Under the pieces are notes generated by a model. That model was not told where the DNA came from. It did not search any database and was given only the letters and a program-made list of their open reading frames with translations. From Eledone cirrhosa (taxonomy: Eukaryota), in NCBI GenBank assembly GCA_964016885.1, contig OZ024743.1, positions 337,590,001-337,654,000 on the forward strand: a DNA stretch of 64,000 bases, written 5' to 3'. The translations under genes and the position numbers were made by a program. This document shows positions 35,791 through 48,582 of the stretch, piece by piece (position 1 is the stretch's first letter; each line of letters begins with the position of its first letter).

Positions 35791-38168
35791 GACGCGTGGA
35801 ACATCGCCGGTAAGCCTTTTTGTTAATTTCTATTAAAAAAAACGAACTAATTGCTTGAAAAAACATAACATTTTGTAGATTAACCCCCAAGCTGAATTGT
35901 AAGCCGGGTGGTAATCCCATTTTTCGCCCCTTTAGGGGCGAAAATTTAATTTAAGAATTGTTTTAAAATATCAAATGTTTTCAACTATAAAACATGAATA
36001 ACTCGAAAAGAACGTTAGAGAACGTCGACAGAAAAAAGACAGGTAAAGAAGCAGATATTAACGTTATATCTGCTTCTGCTACTATGGACGTCGCCATGGA
36101 TACGACTGTCAACACTCGACTGTAGGACTCGAAGGAGCGAAAGCTGTTAGATGGACCCGAGTGGGAGAGGCAAAAAGTGGCAACAAGTCCACGATTCGGT
36201 CTTTGAAAGACCAAAACGGACGCGTGCTACTTGACCCCAAGCAAATGTGCGCGGCCTTTCAGCAGCACTTTGCGCGACTGTTTGAGCAGAACGACGGTGA
36301 GCCGAACGGGGCAATGGACTTTAGTTCATACATCGACGGCCTGCCGCGTCTCTCGAATACGGACGCCGAGTTCTGCGAAAGACCGATCACGGACACTGAG
36401 ATACGGTACGCTCTGGGCCGCTGCGGGAAATGCAAGTCACCCGGTCTAGATGGTCTATCCTATGAGTTTTACATAGGCATGCCGGACTTGTTCTCTGGCG
36501 TCCTCGAAGCCATCTACTGCAATTGGCAGCAGAACGGGAGAATTCCCAGTTCTGCAGGCAAGGGCGTAGTAACGCTGATCCGGAAAGACGAGAACAAGGG
36601 GGACGAAATTAATAACTTCAGGATCATAACTCTGCTCAACATAGAGTTAAAGATTTTGGCCAAGGTGCTAGCGACGAGAAAGCGCAAACGTGTGCAATCC
36701 CGACCAGGTCCATTCACGAGAACCTCCACCTCATGCAATATATCATAGACACGGTGGGTAGTAAACCCGGCTCTGATCAATTTGGATCAGTCTAAGGCAT
36801 TCGATAGGGTCGACCATCGATACTTGGAAGCGGTTCTCAAGGCGGCCAGTTTCGGTCTCGTTTTCAGAGGCTGGATCGAGGCGATGCACACCAGCATCTG
36901 CGTCGTGGGACGCTGGGCGGACGGACCGGTGAAATTGCTCGGGGTCTGGTTCGGTCCAAACCTCCAGGTGGAGAAAAACTGGAACGAGGTCACGGCCAAG
37001 GTGTTTGCGCTCACCCAGAAGTGGGCAGAGTGCAAACTGCCCTTGAAAGGTCGAGCGGAGGTGGCGAACACTTTCATAGCGTCCGTCATCTACTACCGCT
37101 TGACTGTCGTGCCTTGTCTCCGTGAATACCTCACCAAGATGGAACGCATACTCTTCCAGTTTCTGTGGAAGAAGAAGGCTCCGCTGGTGAAGAGATCCGC
37201 CTGCTGTCAGCACCCTTCCAACGGAGGGATGGGCATGCCGTGGCTGATGATGCGCAAACATGCGCTGAGGCTGCGGCATCTCCAGGTATTCCTCACCGAC
37301 ACCCAACCGGTGTGGGCACCGTTTGCGAGACTGGCTTTCCCGCAGCTCGCCTCGCTGACGGAGCTGCAGTCCTGGGTCAAGAAAAGACCGAAAACGAAGG
37401 GCGCCTGGCACATTGAATGCGCTCAGGCACTCACAGAGGTCCCTGGCCTGGCAGTGCTACCGGGGAGCTCTACCGGTTCGTGACAAGATCTACTGGCTCG
37501 GACGCCCCGGCAGGGATCCTTCCAAGAGGACGTGTCCAAGATGCGCGCAGGACATTGAAACAGTCCTGCACGCTATTGTACACTGCCCGGGCGTAACCGA
37601 CCTGTGGAACTATGCAGAACAACCGCTGTCGCGTATGGGACAAATCCAGTTGACTGCCGAGTCCATAGTAAGGATCAAACCACCAGCCTCATTCAAAAAC
37701 GAAAGAGAGGCGGTTTTCCTCTGTACAGTGGCTATGGTGAAAGAAGTTATATGGTGGACGAGATTGAGAGGACTGAGGACAGATGCCTTTCTCTCCGGAC
37801 AACAATTCCCTTGTTTAAGTATCACTTTAGAAGGAGAATCAAAGTGGAGAGAGAGGCACTGCAGCCCAGTAAATTTATTGAAAGGTGGATGAATGAAGCG
37901 AAAATGATTGGGCCTTCTCTGTTTATAAGCCTGTAGGTTAAAGAAGAGAGCAAAAGGAAGTAAGGAGCAATTGCACAACACGCTCCTGGAGTTGAGGGTT
38001 GTTCTATCGACGGAGTATTAAACAACACATTTATGGCGCTTCTCCCCTATTAGGGATTTTGATTGTTGTAATTGTTTGTTTTATATTTTTTACACGACTG
38101 TATGTAAAATCCCCGACATGTCTTTGTATTGTCCCCTTTTCTTGTGCGCCCTTGTGGCAAATAAAGAA
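35791..38168 (+). mobile_element. Internally deleted Tx1-like LINE, copy 3
   Basis: 5'UTR plus the first ~40 codons of ORF1 fused to ORF2 fragments; intact 3'UTR. Imperfect 24-bp TSD at 35767-35790 / 38169-38192 (3 mismatches). Confidence 0.9.
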
Positions 38169-38223
38169 ATCTATCTATCTATCTACTTACCTACATCTAT
38201 ATATCTGTCTACCTATCTATCTA

Positions 38224-38267
38224 TGTATTGTCCCTTTTTCTTGTGCGCCCTTGTGGCTAATAAAGAA
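38224..38267 (+). mobile_element. 44-bp 3'-terminal stub of the Tx1-like LINE
   Basis: TGTATTGTCCCTTTTTCTTGTGCGCCCTTGTGGCTAATAAAGAA inside degenerate (TATC)n. Confidence 0.8.
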
Positions 38268-38285
38268 ATATATCTATGCATATAT

Positions 38286-38482
38286 GGAAAGAATCAGGAC
38301 CCCGACGGCTGAGCTCCGGCGGTTTCGACAGCTAGATCTGGACTGTTCGGATCTAGATGTCGAAACGGCTGGAGCTCAGCCGTCGGGGTCCTGACTCTTT
38401 TCCTATTACCCACTCTATTACCCAAAGTATCGAGTACTCTGATACGTTATGGTCCACCTGGTTCTTTACCACTTTCTTCGTT

Positions 38483-38484
<2 letters not shown>
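38286..38484 (+). mobile_element. Family B fold-back element
   Basis: 38286-38339 is inverted with 38350-38403; GAAACGGCT..AGCCGTC. Confidence 0.8.
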
Positions 38485-38556
<72 letters not shown>

Positions 38557-39842
38557 GCATATGTATATATATATATGTATGCGTATATTATCTGATGAAG
38601 GACTAACGTCCGAATCGTCAAGACTCTTTTCCTAACTAATTTATATCTTCATTGTACTATATCGTTTCCCTATGTTGCTTGTGTGTGTATATGTGTATGC
38701 GTTTTTATGTATGCTTATATGTATGTTTGTATGTATCTATGTGTATGTATGTATATATGTATGTTTGTGTATGTATGTGTGTGTGTGTGTATGTGTATAA
38801 ATGTAGATAAAAAAACACTAATCTTATTTTGTGACCTAATTTTATGATAGAGACAGATGCTGGCTTCTTCTTCCGGCTTTCCTTCATTGCTATCTCTTTC
38901 ATTCCTTCTTTCTTTCTTTCTTCCTTTCCTTCTTTCCTTCCTTCTCTTATCCTTTCTTTAGTTTCTTAATTTTTCATCCTTACCTTCTTTCTTTTGTTCT
39001 TCCTCTCTTTCTTTCGTTCTTCCTCTCTTTATTTTTTCTTTCCTTCTTTTATTTCGTTCTTTGCGTATTTACTTTTTTACTTGTTTATCCTTTCTAGTTA
39101 CCTTTGTTTCATTCTTTCTCTATCTGCCAATTCCCCGCCTCAGTTAGTGTCTATAAACCCATAACTACTGGCGAAGTCGGAGAGGCGCCGAGGTGACATG
39201 CGCAGTGATGTTGGTACTTTTTAAACCTGGCGGAACCCATCTATTCTCCAGGTCTGAATACAGTCGATTTCTTCCAGAGAAGGTGAGTAAGAAATTGAAA
39301 AAGAGAAGAAACAAATTGACCCAAGCGCATGACTTATACTTTATTTATCGACCTGGAAAGTATGATAGGCAAAGTTGACATCGGGAAGAAATGAATACAG
39401 TTTGCAGAGCCAGAACGAATACCGCAAAATATTCAATCTGATATTTTAACGTCTAGACCACACCTATGATCAAAGGCATTCAAGTGGTGGCGGTGGTGGT
39501 ATGGTGGTTGTGGCGGTGGTGGTGTCGGCGGCGGTGAATGTGGTGTGCGTGATGGTACCGTAACCATCACTACCACCGCCATCAACAACATCTTCATCAA
39601 TGCCATACTCATCACACACGTACCCTCAAACACAAACACACACACCACCAACAACAACAGCACCAACACCACCATTAGTTGGTTTATTTACTATAAATAG
39701 CATCAAAGGAGCTAGTGTGGTATCATCTCCAACGGAGTAATTAATTTCGACGTATGATTTGGCGGCGGAATCTCTAAAAGGAACATAGAGAGTGGGAGTG
39801 AGAGAGAGAGAGAGAGCGAAAGAAAGAAGGAAAGAAAGAGAG

Positions 39843-39940
<98 letters not shown>

Positions 39941-40421
39941 ATATCTTTGAGTATGTATATATATATATATATATACGTAAGTTGGATAGATGATTTCGGA
40001 TTTATAGAAACATATCGGACTTATTGCAGAATATCGTGCGATCTGTCCAGGTCTATTTTAACCTGATTAGTTCTTTCGTTGTTTTGGTATTGTATGGTTG
40101 AGTTTTTGCCTGCCGCAATTTTCAATTTGTCAAGCTATTTAAACGTATGTAATTACTCTAAGGACCTACCCTTATTGAGTGCTTTGTTACTCATTCCTTA
40201 TTGTAGGTCGACTTTGCTTGGCCACAGCCAAATCTTCGATTTTACTAAGCTTCCACTTGTATATATGGTAGCACTGGCCTACTTCCCACGCGAGGTAGCA
40301 AACTAAAAATCAACCCTAGAATAGGAATGAGTAATGGGATGACAAATAACAAATGCCCAGGTAATAATAACCCTATGAAGGCCCCTACCAACTCCACTAG
40401 AACCCCTAGAAGGATAGACCT

Positions 40422-41219
40422 AGAAATATCACCTGGTTTAACCCCCCCCCCCCATTCTAATCTAATCTAGCCACTAATATCCCTAAACGCTTCTTCTCTA
40501 TCCTATCTAAACATCCCCCCCCAACCATAGATATTACAAACTCTTTAATAAAAACAACATTAAAATCTCATTCTCCACAACACCTAACTTAGCTAGCCAC
40601 ATTGCATTCAGTAAACATCATAAACTAAGACAGTATAACTCCCACACCGCGGTACCACCACCCCCATCAAATACACCACGCCACTACACCAATACTTACT
40701 CTAGTAGCACACCTCCCCCATCTAATCCCTCTAGCACGGACCAACCGCTTAGTTTAAACAACCCTACTCTCACTAACCGCAGAAGTAACTGCAACTGCCG
40801 TTACCCTAATGCATGCCCACTAAATGGACATTGCCTGACACCCAATATAGTTTATAGGTGCACAGTTAAAACTGCTTCGCATACCAGCTCCTATATCGGC
40901 TCTACCTCTAACTCTTGTAAGGTACGCTATAACGCGCACTCTTTTTCCTTCCGAGACCCTAACAACAGATGTTCGACATCTCTAGCTAGGCTCATTAAAA
41001 ACCTTAAATTAACCAACATTGAACACTCACTAACATGGGATATCTTGGCTAGGGCCCAACCATTCAATGGACGAAGAAACTCTTGTGACCTCTGTCTTAC
41101 CGAAGCATATTAAATAACTCTATCACGACCTCTACTGATTAACGATAGAACGGAGGTAACTATTAGCTGTCAACATCGAAGGGCTAATTCCTTCGCCAAC
41201 AGAATATTTGACCCAACAT
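40422..41219 (+). pseudogene. Naiad-like Penelope-like element: linker + GIY-YIG endonuclease remnant (not in the ORF track)
   Basis: RNITWFNPPF*..TNIPKRFFSILSKH..NHRYYKLFNKNNIKISFSTTPNL...CNCRYPNACPLNGHCLTPNIVYRCTV..SYIGSTSNSCKVRYNAHSFSF..STSLA..WDIL..CDLCLTEA*, with frameshifts and stops. Confidence 0.85.
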
Positions 41220-41604
41220 AATCATCTAGCCACATTTTTACTTATAGCTAATAAGTTAAATAGTTATAGCTAACTTAGATAATTATAAATTACCTCCCTT
41301 ACATTGTCTCTCAATTAAAAAATTAAAAAATTAGCACTTCTTAACAATAAACTACCCGCAATTTCTAATTTCTCGAGGCGTTACATCCCCTGAAACCACC
41401 CTCTAATTAGTAAAGTAAATATGTCCATTGGCGGCCATCTTGTTATCCATAGGCAGATCTCACACAATGCAGCCTCGACAGAAGAATACTGCTTGACTAT
41501 GGCAGACAATAGATATACCCAGGACACCATAGTGTGATACCAATATATGGAACATTACACTCATGTAACATTCTTTCCTTATTTTAATTTATATTCCTTT
41601 TGAA

Positions 41605-41723
41605 GTTCCGATGAGCCACTCTAATTATACCTAAGTTAATTATTTTCAACTGAATCAGATCAATAATGATCTATAATCATTTGATCCAGAAATATTATAT
41701 GGAGTAGCGAAACAATTTTTAAC
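41605..41723 (+). ncRNA. Variant hammerhead motif downstream of the Naiad-like endonuclease
   Basis: GTT-CCGATGA-GC-C-ACTCTA...TGGAGT-A-GC-GAAA-CAATTTTT-AAC. Core U4>C; stem III imperfect. Confidence 0.45.
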
Positions 41724-41854
41724 GGACATTATTATTATTAATATTATTATTATTATTCTCTACATTCCTTACATCAAACTAAAATATGTTGACAATCTTT
41801 TAATAATGTCTTCCTTGTGAAACTTGTGGTCTTGTTTTGCTTAACTAATTAATA

Positions 41855-42775
41855 TACATATATGTATGTACGTATACATACTTATATATATATATATATA
41901 TAAGTATGTATACGTACATACATATATGTATACAGACGTACAGTAGTATGTATATATATATACATACATGCACACATATATATATGTACGTATGGATTCA
42001 CCGAACATTTATTATAATGCTCGGTGTGTTTGTAAACAAACATCCCGTATTAAGCCGTAGTGTCTAGCAAACATCTTTGCTAGACACTACGGCTGTTTGT
42101 TTACAAACACACCGAGCATTATAATAAATGTTCGGTGAATCCATACGTACATATATATATGTGTGAATGTATGTATATATATATATACATACTACTGTAC
42201 GTCTGTATACATATATCTATGTACGTATACATACTTATATTTAAGTAACAGCCGTACTAAGGGTGCGAAATGAAATTTCGTTTCATTTTTTCCGTTTATC
42301 GTTTTCGGTGCACCCAGCCGATTAACCCACTCGATATGCAAATTAGGCTGCTCAACCGTTAATATGCATAAGGAAAGTATATACTTTCAGACGTTCAATC
42401 ATCTGGCAGGAAGGTATACGTTACTGGCGATAGCTAATAAGCTTGAAACTAGTACAGCGTTCCTTTGTCAGTGTTGAACAAACGAGCAACGATGGTTGCT
42501 AGACACACCGAGCATTATAATAAATGTTTATGTATATATTTATATAAATGTTTATATATATATTTATATTATTATAATAAATGTTTATATATATATATAT
42601 ATATATATATACGTATAATGAATTATACGTATATATATATGTGCATGTATGTATATATATATACATACTAATGTACGTCTGTATACATATATGTATGTAC
42701 GTATATATACTTATATTTAAGTAACAGCCGTACTAAGAGTGGGAAATGAAATTTCGTTTCATTTTTTCCGTTTAT
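41855..42775 (+). mobile_element. Retrozyme-like family E: ~420-bp unit, partial tandem, inverted arm
   Basis: Fold-back centred ~42074. Mutated hammerhead CTGGCGA..GAAACTAGTA at ~42419-42460. Same family as 56692-57478. Confidence 0.8.
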
Positions 42776-42831
42776 ATATGTATGTATATATTTATTAAAA
42801 TAACAGATTAAAGTTTAAGCAAAGAATCGCT

Positions 42832-43923
42832 TCATCGATTTCTCCAAAGCATTCGATAGCATTCATCGGCCGTCACTCTGGAGCATCATGCATGAGTATG
42901 GTCTGCCCAGAAAGTCATTTCGGCAACCAAACAGATTTATGCAAACTCCAAGTGCTGCATACGGACAGAGGATGGTTACAGTGACTGGTTTGAGGTGGTT
43001 ACTGGTGCGCGTCAAGGTTGCTCGCTCTCTCCAATTCTCTTTGCCATAGCCATTGACTGGGTACTAAGAAGAGCGTCTAAAGACCAGGGTATATCTTGGG
43101 TGGGAGAGCAAAAGTTGTCTGACCTGGACTTTGCGGACGATATTGTTGCACTTGCAGAGAGCACAGCTGACCTGCAAATCATTATGAACAATATCAATGT
43201 CGAAGCAGGAAGCTTAGGTCTCAATATCAGTGCTAAGAAGACCAAAAGCATGTTATCTGGGACACACCCATCACCAACTAGTGTTTTCTTTGAACAGGGG
43301 GAGGTGGAGATAGTGGACAACTTAACTTACCTAGGAAGCTCCATTGACAATGGGGGCGCCATAGACAGTGAATTGCAATGTAGAATGGGAAAGGCTTCAG
43401 CAGCATTTAACCAGCTTGTCAAGATCTGGAAGAGCAGGAAGTTCACCCTCAAAACAAAGATGAGATTCTACAACAGCAACGTGCTGTCCATACTCTTGTA
43501 CGGAAGTGAAACATGGCACCTTAAGACCAGCCAAGAGAAGAAGTTGGACGCATTCGATTCCAGGTTTCTGCGAAAGATCCTGGGGATTAAATGGAGTGAC
43601 CATGTAACAAACCAGGAAGTCAGGAACCGCACCAACCAGCAGCTAGTCTCTTCTGCCATCTGCAAGCGATACCTGGGCTGGTTTGGGCACGCTTTGAGAC
43701 TTCCCCCGGAGAGACTGGCGAACCAAGTACTTAAATGGAACCCACAGAGAAGCAGACGGAGAGGGCGACCCAAAATGAACTGGCGCCAGACAGTTGAGAG
43801 GGACCTGCGAGCGACAGACAGACAATGGCGGGACGCTGTGCAACTGGCTGCTGACCGAACGCGGTGGAACACTATGATTGCCTCATGCGTCGCAAGACGC
43901 GGGAGCTTCTGAGTCTGAGTCTG
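42832..43923 (+). mobile_element. 5'-truncated RTE-clade LINE (RT C-terminal part) with 11-bp TSD
   Basis: IDFSKAFDS, GARQGCSLSP, DLDFADD, YLGS, LLYGSETW, RRRGRPK; (CTGAGT)n tail; AAAGAATCGCT at 42821-42831 and 43924-43934. Confidence 0.92.
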
Positions 43924-44312
43924 AAAGAATCGCTGCTTTCACTCTTAAAGGGATCTTCTGAAACTAACAAAGTCAATCTGTGAACGCAGAAGTGAATATT
44001 TAGAAAAACGTTGCAACCGGAGGAAGACAGGAAGACGATACTTTGGTTCGTGGAAACGTTCCCTGGAAAAGAACCGGAAAAAACGAATATAATACGTCAT
44101 TAATAGGAGCGGTGAAAAACAATTACACGCAAAGACAGAACCACGTTTATGGTATAAAAGAAGTCGTAGACTAATGTTCTCTAAGGTGGTTCATAGAGAT
44201 GTTCTCTGGTAATGAACGGAAAAAACGAAGATAATACGTCATATGTGGAGCGTGGAGAACAATTGCACGCAAAGACATAACCACGTTTATGGTATAAAAG
44301 AAGTCGTAGACT
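43924..44312 (+). repeat. Unclassified dispersed repeat interrupted by the RTE
   Basis: Continues 42795-42831. Uninterrupted copies at ~15660-15855 and, inverted, ~21067-21270. Contains an internal duplication. Confidence 0.75.
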
Positions 44313-45067
44313 GAGAAATGAAATTTCGTTTCATTTTTTCCATTTATATATATATATATAAATGTTGGTTTACGTTTGAATAAAGAAGGGAAGGGGATCA
44401 GATGAGGGGTGGAGGAGGAGGGAGAGGTAGGATGGAGGCTGAAGGAGGAGCAAGGAGGGAAGGAGGAGTGGTGGAGATGAGTGTTAGGAGGATGGATGGA
44501 AGGAGGAAGAGGAGAAGGACGGTGACGACTTCTTATATTAAAGCAAACTGTTTTATCGACGCTGAAAGAATAAAGGATGACATCGGAGCGAGATATTTGA
44601 TCTCAGAATCTTGAGAAACAATTAAATATTTCAAGAAATTTGGTCTGGCACTCTGCCGCCTTAGCCGACCCTGCCAACCACGGTGATAATGTCTGAAGAG
44701 AATTATGAATAACTCAAGATAAAACGTGTAGTCATAAGATCGGAGGTATCAGGCAGGGATTAGTTATGTCCCTTGATAAAACAGAATGACGGGATTGTTT
44801 GGAAATTCGTGTGTATCTATAGTATAACATACTATAGTAAAAGCATCTTGTATTACCGACTAAGGTTTTTAGTGGGTCATAGCATGAAAACGCATAGAAA
44901 AGCACAGTTATATGTACGTACATAAATACACACATACATGCGTACACACACATACATACATGTATTCATACCTACATAATACATACATACATATATATAT
45001 ATACCTACATAATACATACATACATATAAACATATATACATACATACATATACACATACATATATAT

Positions 45068-46172
45068 ATGGTGGCTGCCAACTCGTTTTCGAGTACGGCC
45101 ACTACTTTATATCCATGTAGAAGAAACCCCTACCGATGCGCTGAACGAGTGTGATATTTTAGTCCAGCCAACGACTTGAAAACTCTGGTATAAACACTAC
45201 ACTTGTGACAATTATTGACACATAGTGCTGGGCCCATGGTACCATGTAACGACAAGTGCAGAGAGATCTCCAGATATAAAGCAATGCCTGTGCCGTGAAG
45301 CTTTTTCGTGAGCAAAGGCACTGCACAAAGCCAGTGCCACTCTCTTAACCATGATGATATTTACCAAAAAGAAGAACAAGTCAACATCATTGGATACCAT
45401 CAGGGTTGCAGGTGTTATATCAGAGTTTTCCTTCTCCTAGAATTCTGCCTTGACAAAGGATAAGGGGTCATCTCTCCCGGTGATTTTGGATGACCATTGA
45501 CTCTTAAAAGCTCCATTGCCCTTTCACTGGTTATGTTTTTAGTCCTGCAGGATGTCCAAAGTCACCCTCCTCACCAAGAAACCTTGGTGGGGTTGCCAGT
45601 TTAGTCACCAACGACGCGACCATGGGACAGGTTGTATACATATATATATACATACATATATGGTGGCTGCCAACTCGTTTTCGAGTACGGCCACTACTTT
45701 ATATCCATGTAGGAGTACCCCTACCGATGCGCTGAACGAGTGTGACTTTTTAGTCCAGCCAGCGACTTGAAAACTCTGGTACAAACACTACACTTGCGAC
45801 AATTATTGACACATAGTGCTGGGTCCATGGTACCATGTGACGACAAGTGCAGAGAGATCTCCAGATATAAAGCAATGCCTGTGCCGTGAAGCTTTTATAG
45901 TGAGCAAAGGCACTGCACAAAGCCAGTCCCACTCTCTTAACTAAGATGATATTTACCAAAAAGAAGAACAAGTCAACATCATTGGATACCATCAGGGTTG
46001 CAGGTGTTATATCAGAGTTTTCCTTCTCCTAGAATTCTGCCTTGACAAAGGATAAGGAGTCATCTCTCCCGGTGATTTTGGATAGCCATTGACTCTTAAG
46101 AGCTCCTTTGCCCTTTGACAGGTTTTGTTTTTAGTCCTGCAGGATGTCCAAAGTCACCCTCCTCACCAAGAA
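45068..46172 (-). mobile_element. Two tandem copies of the 610-bp LINE derivative
   Basis: 45068-45636 and 45660-46172 match 18230-18840 inverted. Confidence 0.85.
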
Positions 46173-46771
46173 ATACATACATATATACATACATACATAC
46201 ATACATACATACATACATACATGCATACATACATACATACATAGATGCATGTATACATACATATATACATGCATACATACACGCATACGCTCTTTCTATT
46301 GGTAAAAATTTATAAAATTATAAAACCAGAAGAACATACATACACACACACACATACATACACACATACATACATACATACATACATACATACACACATA
46401 CACACACACACATACATACATACATACATACATACATACATACATACATAGATACATACACACATACATACGCACATGCATACATACATACATACACACA
46501 TACATACATACATACATACATGTATGCATACATACATAAGACTAAACAATGCAATCCGTAAAAAGGAAAGCTCTGAGAAAAAACATATAAGAGGTTAGTG
46601 ATGTGGAAAACATGCATATATAATATGAAAGAGTTCTGGGGAATGTTCCAGTCAAAATCCCAATAAAACGCAAACAACAAACCAGAGAAAGTGATATGGG
46701 ACAGAGAAAAGAAGGCATGTATAGTAGTGGAAGTCAGCTGCCCAGTAGATGTCAATAAGGAGAGTAACGGG

Positions 46772-46954
46772 GGATTGGCAGTATCGGTAGAAGATTGGAC
46801 GCGATGCTTTGCAGCAAAGAGTTACGGTCCTTTATGATCTGAGTTCAAATCTCGCCGAGGTTAACTTTGCCTTTCATCCTTACGGGGTCGATAAAATAAA
46901 GTACCAGTAATACACTGGGATAATTGCTTGCCTTGTGCCAAAAATAGAAACAAA
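46772..46954 (+). mobile_element. tRNA-derived SINE
   Basis: Same family as 6573-6766. Confidence 0.85.
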
Positions 46955-47284
46955 TATAATATTAAAGGAGAACATTTAGGTTGAACTAGTGACGAATCTG
47001 CAAATACTTGACTATACCTTTAGATTTGTACTTGTGGTCATCAGGGCTCTTGGATATGTGACTAACTGCCTCAGTAGAAATCTTGAGAAGTTGGACTTTA
47101 CAGAGCCAGAAAGGGCACGGCTAGTTAGGAAGTTGCAAGTACAGTCCATTAATGGAACTGTAAAAATATGTAAAATATTCGCATGTATGGATAAAGTAAT
47201 ATATGCATGTACACAAACACACACACGCGCGCACACACAAACACACACACTACGCGCGCGCACACACACACTCACACACGCACG

Positions 47285-47315
<31 letters not shown>

Positions 47316-47415
47316 TTACATACCTATTTACCTAGTTAGTGTTGTCTAAACTCCAATGAAAGATTCTTGTTTCTATGTTAGAAACTAACTTTCTATTGGT
47401 GAAAATTTATAAAAT

Positions 47416-47550
47416 AATTGTTTCTACTTTTGGCACAAGGCCAGCAATTACCCAGTACATTACTGGTACTTTATTTTATCGACCCCGTGATGATGAAAGG
47501 CAAAGTTAACCTCAGCGGGATTTGAACTCAGAATGTAAAGGGCCGTAATT
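47416..47550 (-). mobile_element. tRNA-derived SINE, 5'-truncated
   Basis: Same family, minus strand. Confidence 0.8.
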
Positions 47551-47592
47551 TATGAAATAATAAAACCAGAAGAAGATACATACATACATACA

Positions 47593-48356
47593 TGATGGCT
47601 GCCCCCTCGTTATCAAGTATGGCCATTGCACGATATACCATTATTAATAATTATTAATTAATTCTATCGTGCAATGCCTGTGCGTGAAGATATTTTTTAA
47701 AGTGAGGAAAGACTGTGCACTGAGCCAATCCCACTCTCTGAGCGACAGTAGCTATAACCCGAAAAGAAGAAAAGAAGAAAAGATCAACATCATCGGTAAC
47801 TACTGAGCCGCAGATTTTATATGGGAGTTATCCCAGTTTCCTGAGCTGCCTTCTCCTAGAAGAATGCCCTGACAAAGACTAGGGGTCCTTCACTCCCAGT
47901 GGTTTAACTGCGCGGTACATGTGTATATACATATTTACACACTTTTGGATGGCCGTTGACTCTTGAGTTCATACCTACCTACATACATACATACATGCAA
48001 CCATACATACATAATACATACATACATACATGATGATTTATGATGGCTGCCCCCTCGTTATAGAGTATGGCCATTGCATGATATACCATTATTGATAATT
48101 ATTAATTAATTCTATCGTGCAATACCTGTGCGTGAAGATATGTTTTAAAGCGAGGAAAGACTGTGCACTGAGCCAATCCCACTCTCTGAGCGACAGTAGC
48201 TATAACCCGAAAATAAGGAAAGAAGAAAAGATCAACATCATCGGTAACTACTGAGCCGCAGGTTTTATATGGGAGTTATCCCAGTTTCCTGAGTTGCCTT
48301 CTCCTAGAAGAATGCCCTGAAAAAGGCTAGGGGTCCTTCACTCCCAGTGGTTTAAC
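47593..48356 (-). mobile_element. Two copies of a diverged relative of the 610-bp LINE derivative
   Basis: 47593-47908 and 48041-48356 share GCAATGCCTGTGC, CCCACTCTC, TCAACATCAT and CCTTCTCCTAGAA with that family. An older copy lies at ~48790-49000. Confidence 0.7.
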
Positions 48357-48429
48357 ATACATACATACATACATACATACATACATACATACATACATAC
48401 ATAGATACATACATACATACATACATACA

Positions 48430-48582
48430 CATCATTATTGGAGCTACAGGTTATATACCAGCCCGCTTGGACCAAAGTATAACTGAAATGGGATTTGTGG
48501 ACAAATAACGCAGCTCCCTAATTCATAAACTACAAATGGCTGCGATAGCTGGCACCTTCAAAATTGGCAAAACATTCTTGCG
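48430..48582 (+). pseudogene. Second R4-like endonuclease C-terminal fragment
   Basis: IIIGATGYIP...LIHKLQMAAIAGTFKIGKTFL, directly after (CATA)n. Confidence 0.5.

Larger units (their letters stand above)
46560..47577 (+). pseudogene. R4/Dong-like LINE 3' portion (restriction-like endonuclease + 3'UTR), interrupted by two SINEs
   Basis: KPEKVIWDREKKACIVVEVSCPVDVN...FVLVVIRALGYV..LVRKLQVQSINGTVKICKIF; ends ATAAAACCAGAAGAA before (CATA)n. Confidence 0.6.

Noticed and set aside
40458-40460. In-frame stop after WFNPPF as possible selenocysteine (known in some Naiad elements)
   Set aside because: The codon is TAA, not TGA, and the copy has other disabling lesions; no SECIS identified.
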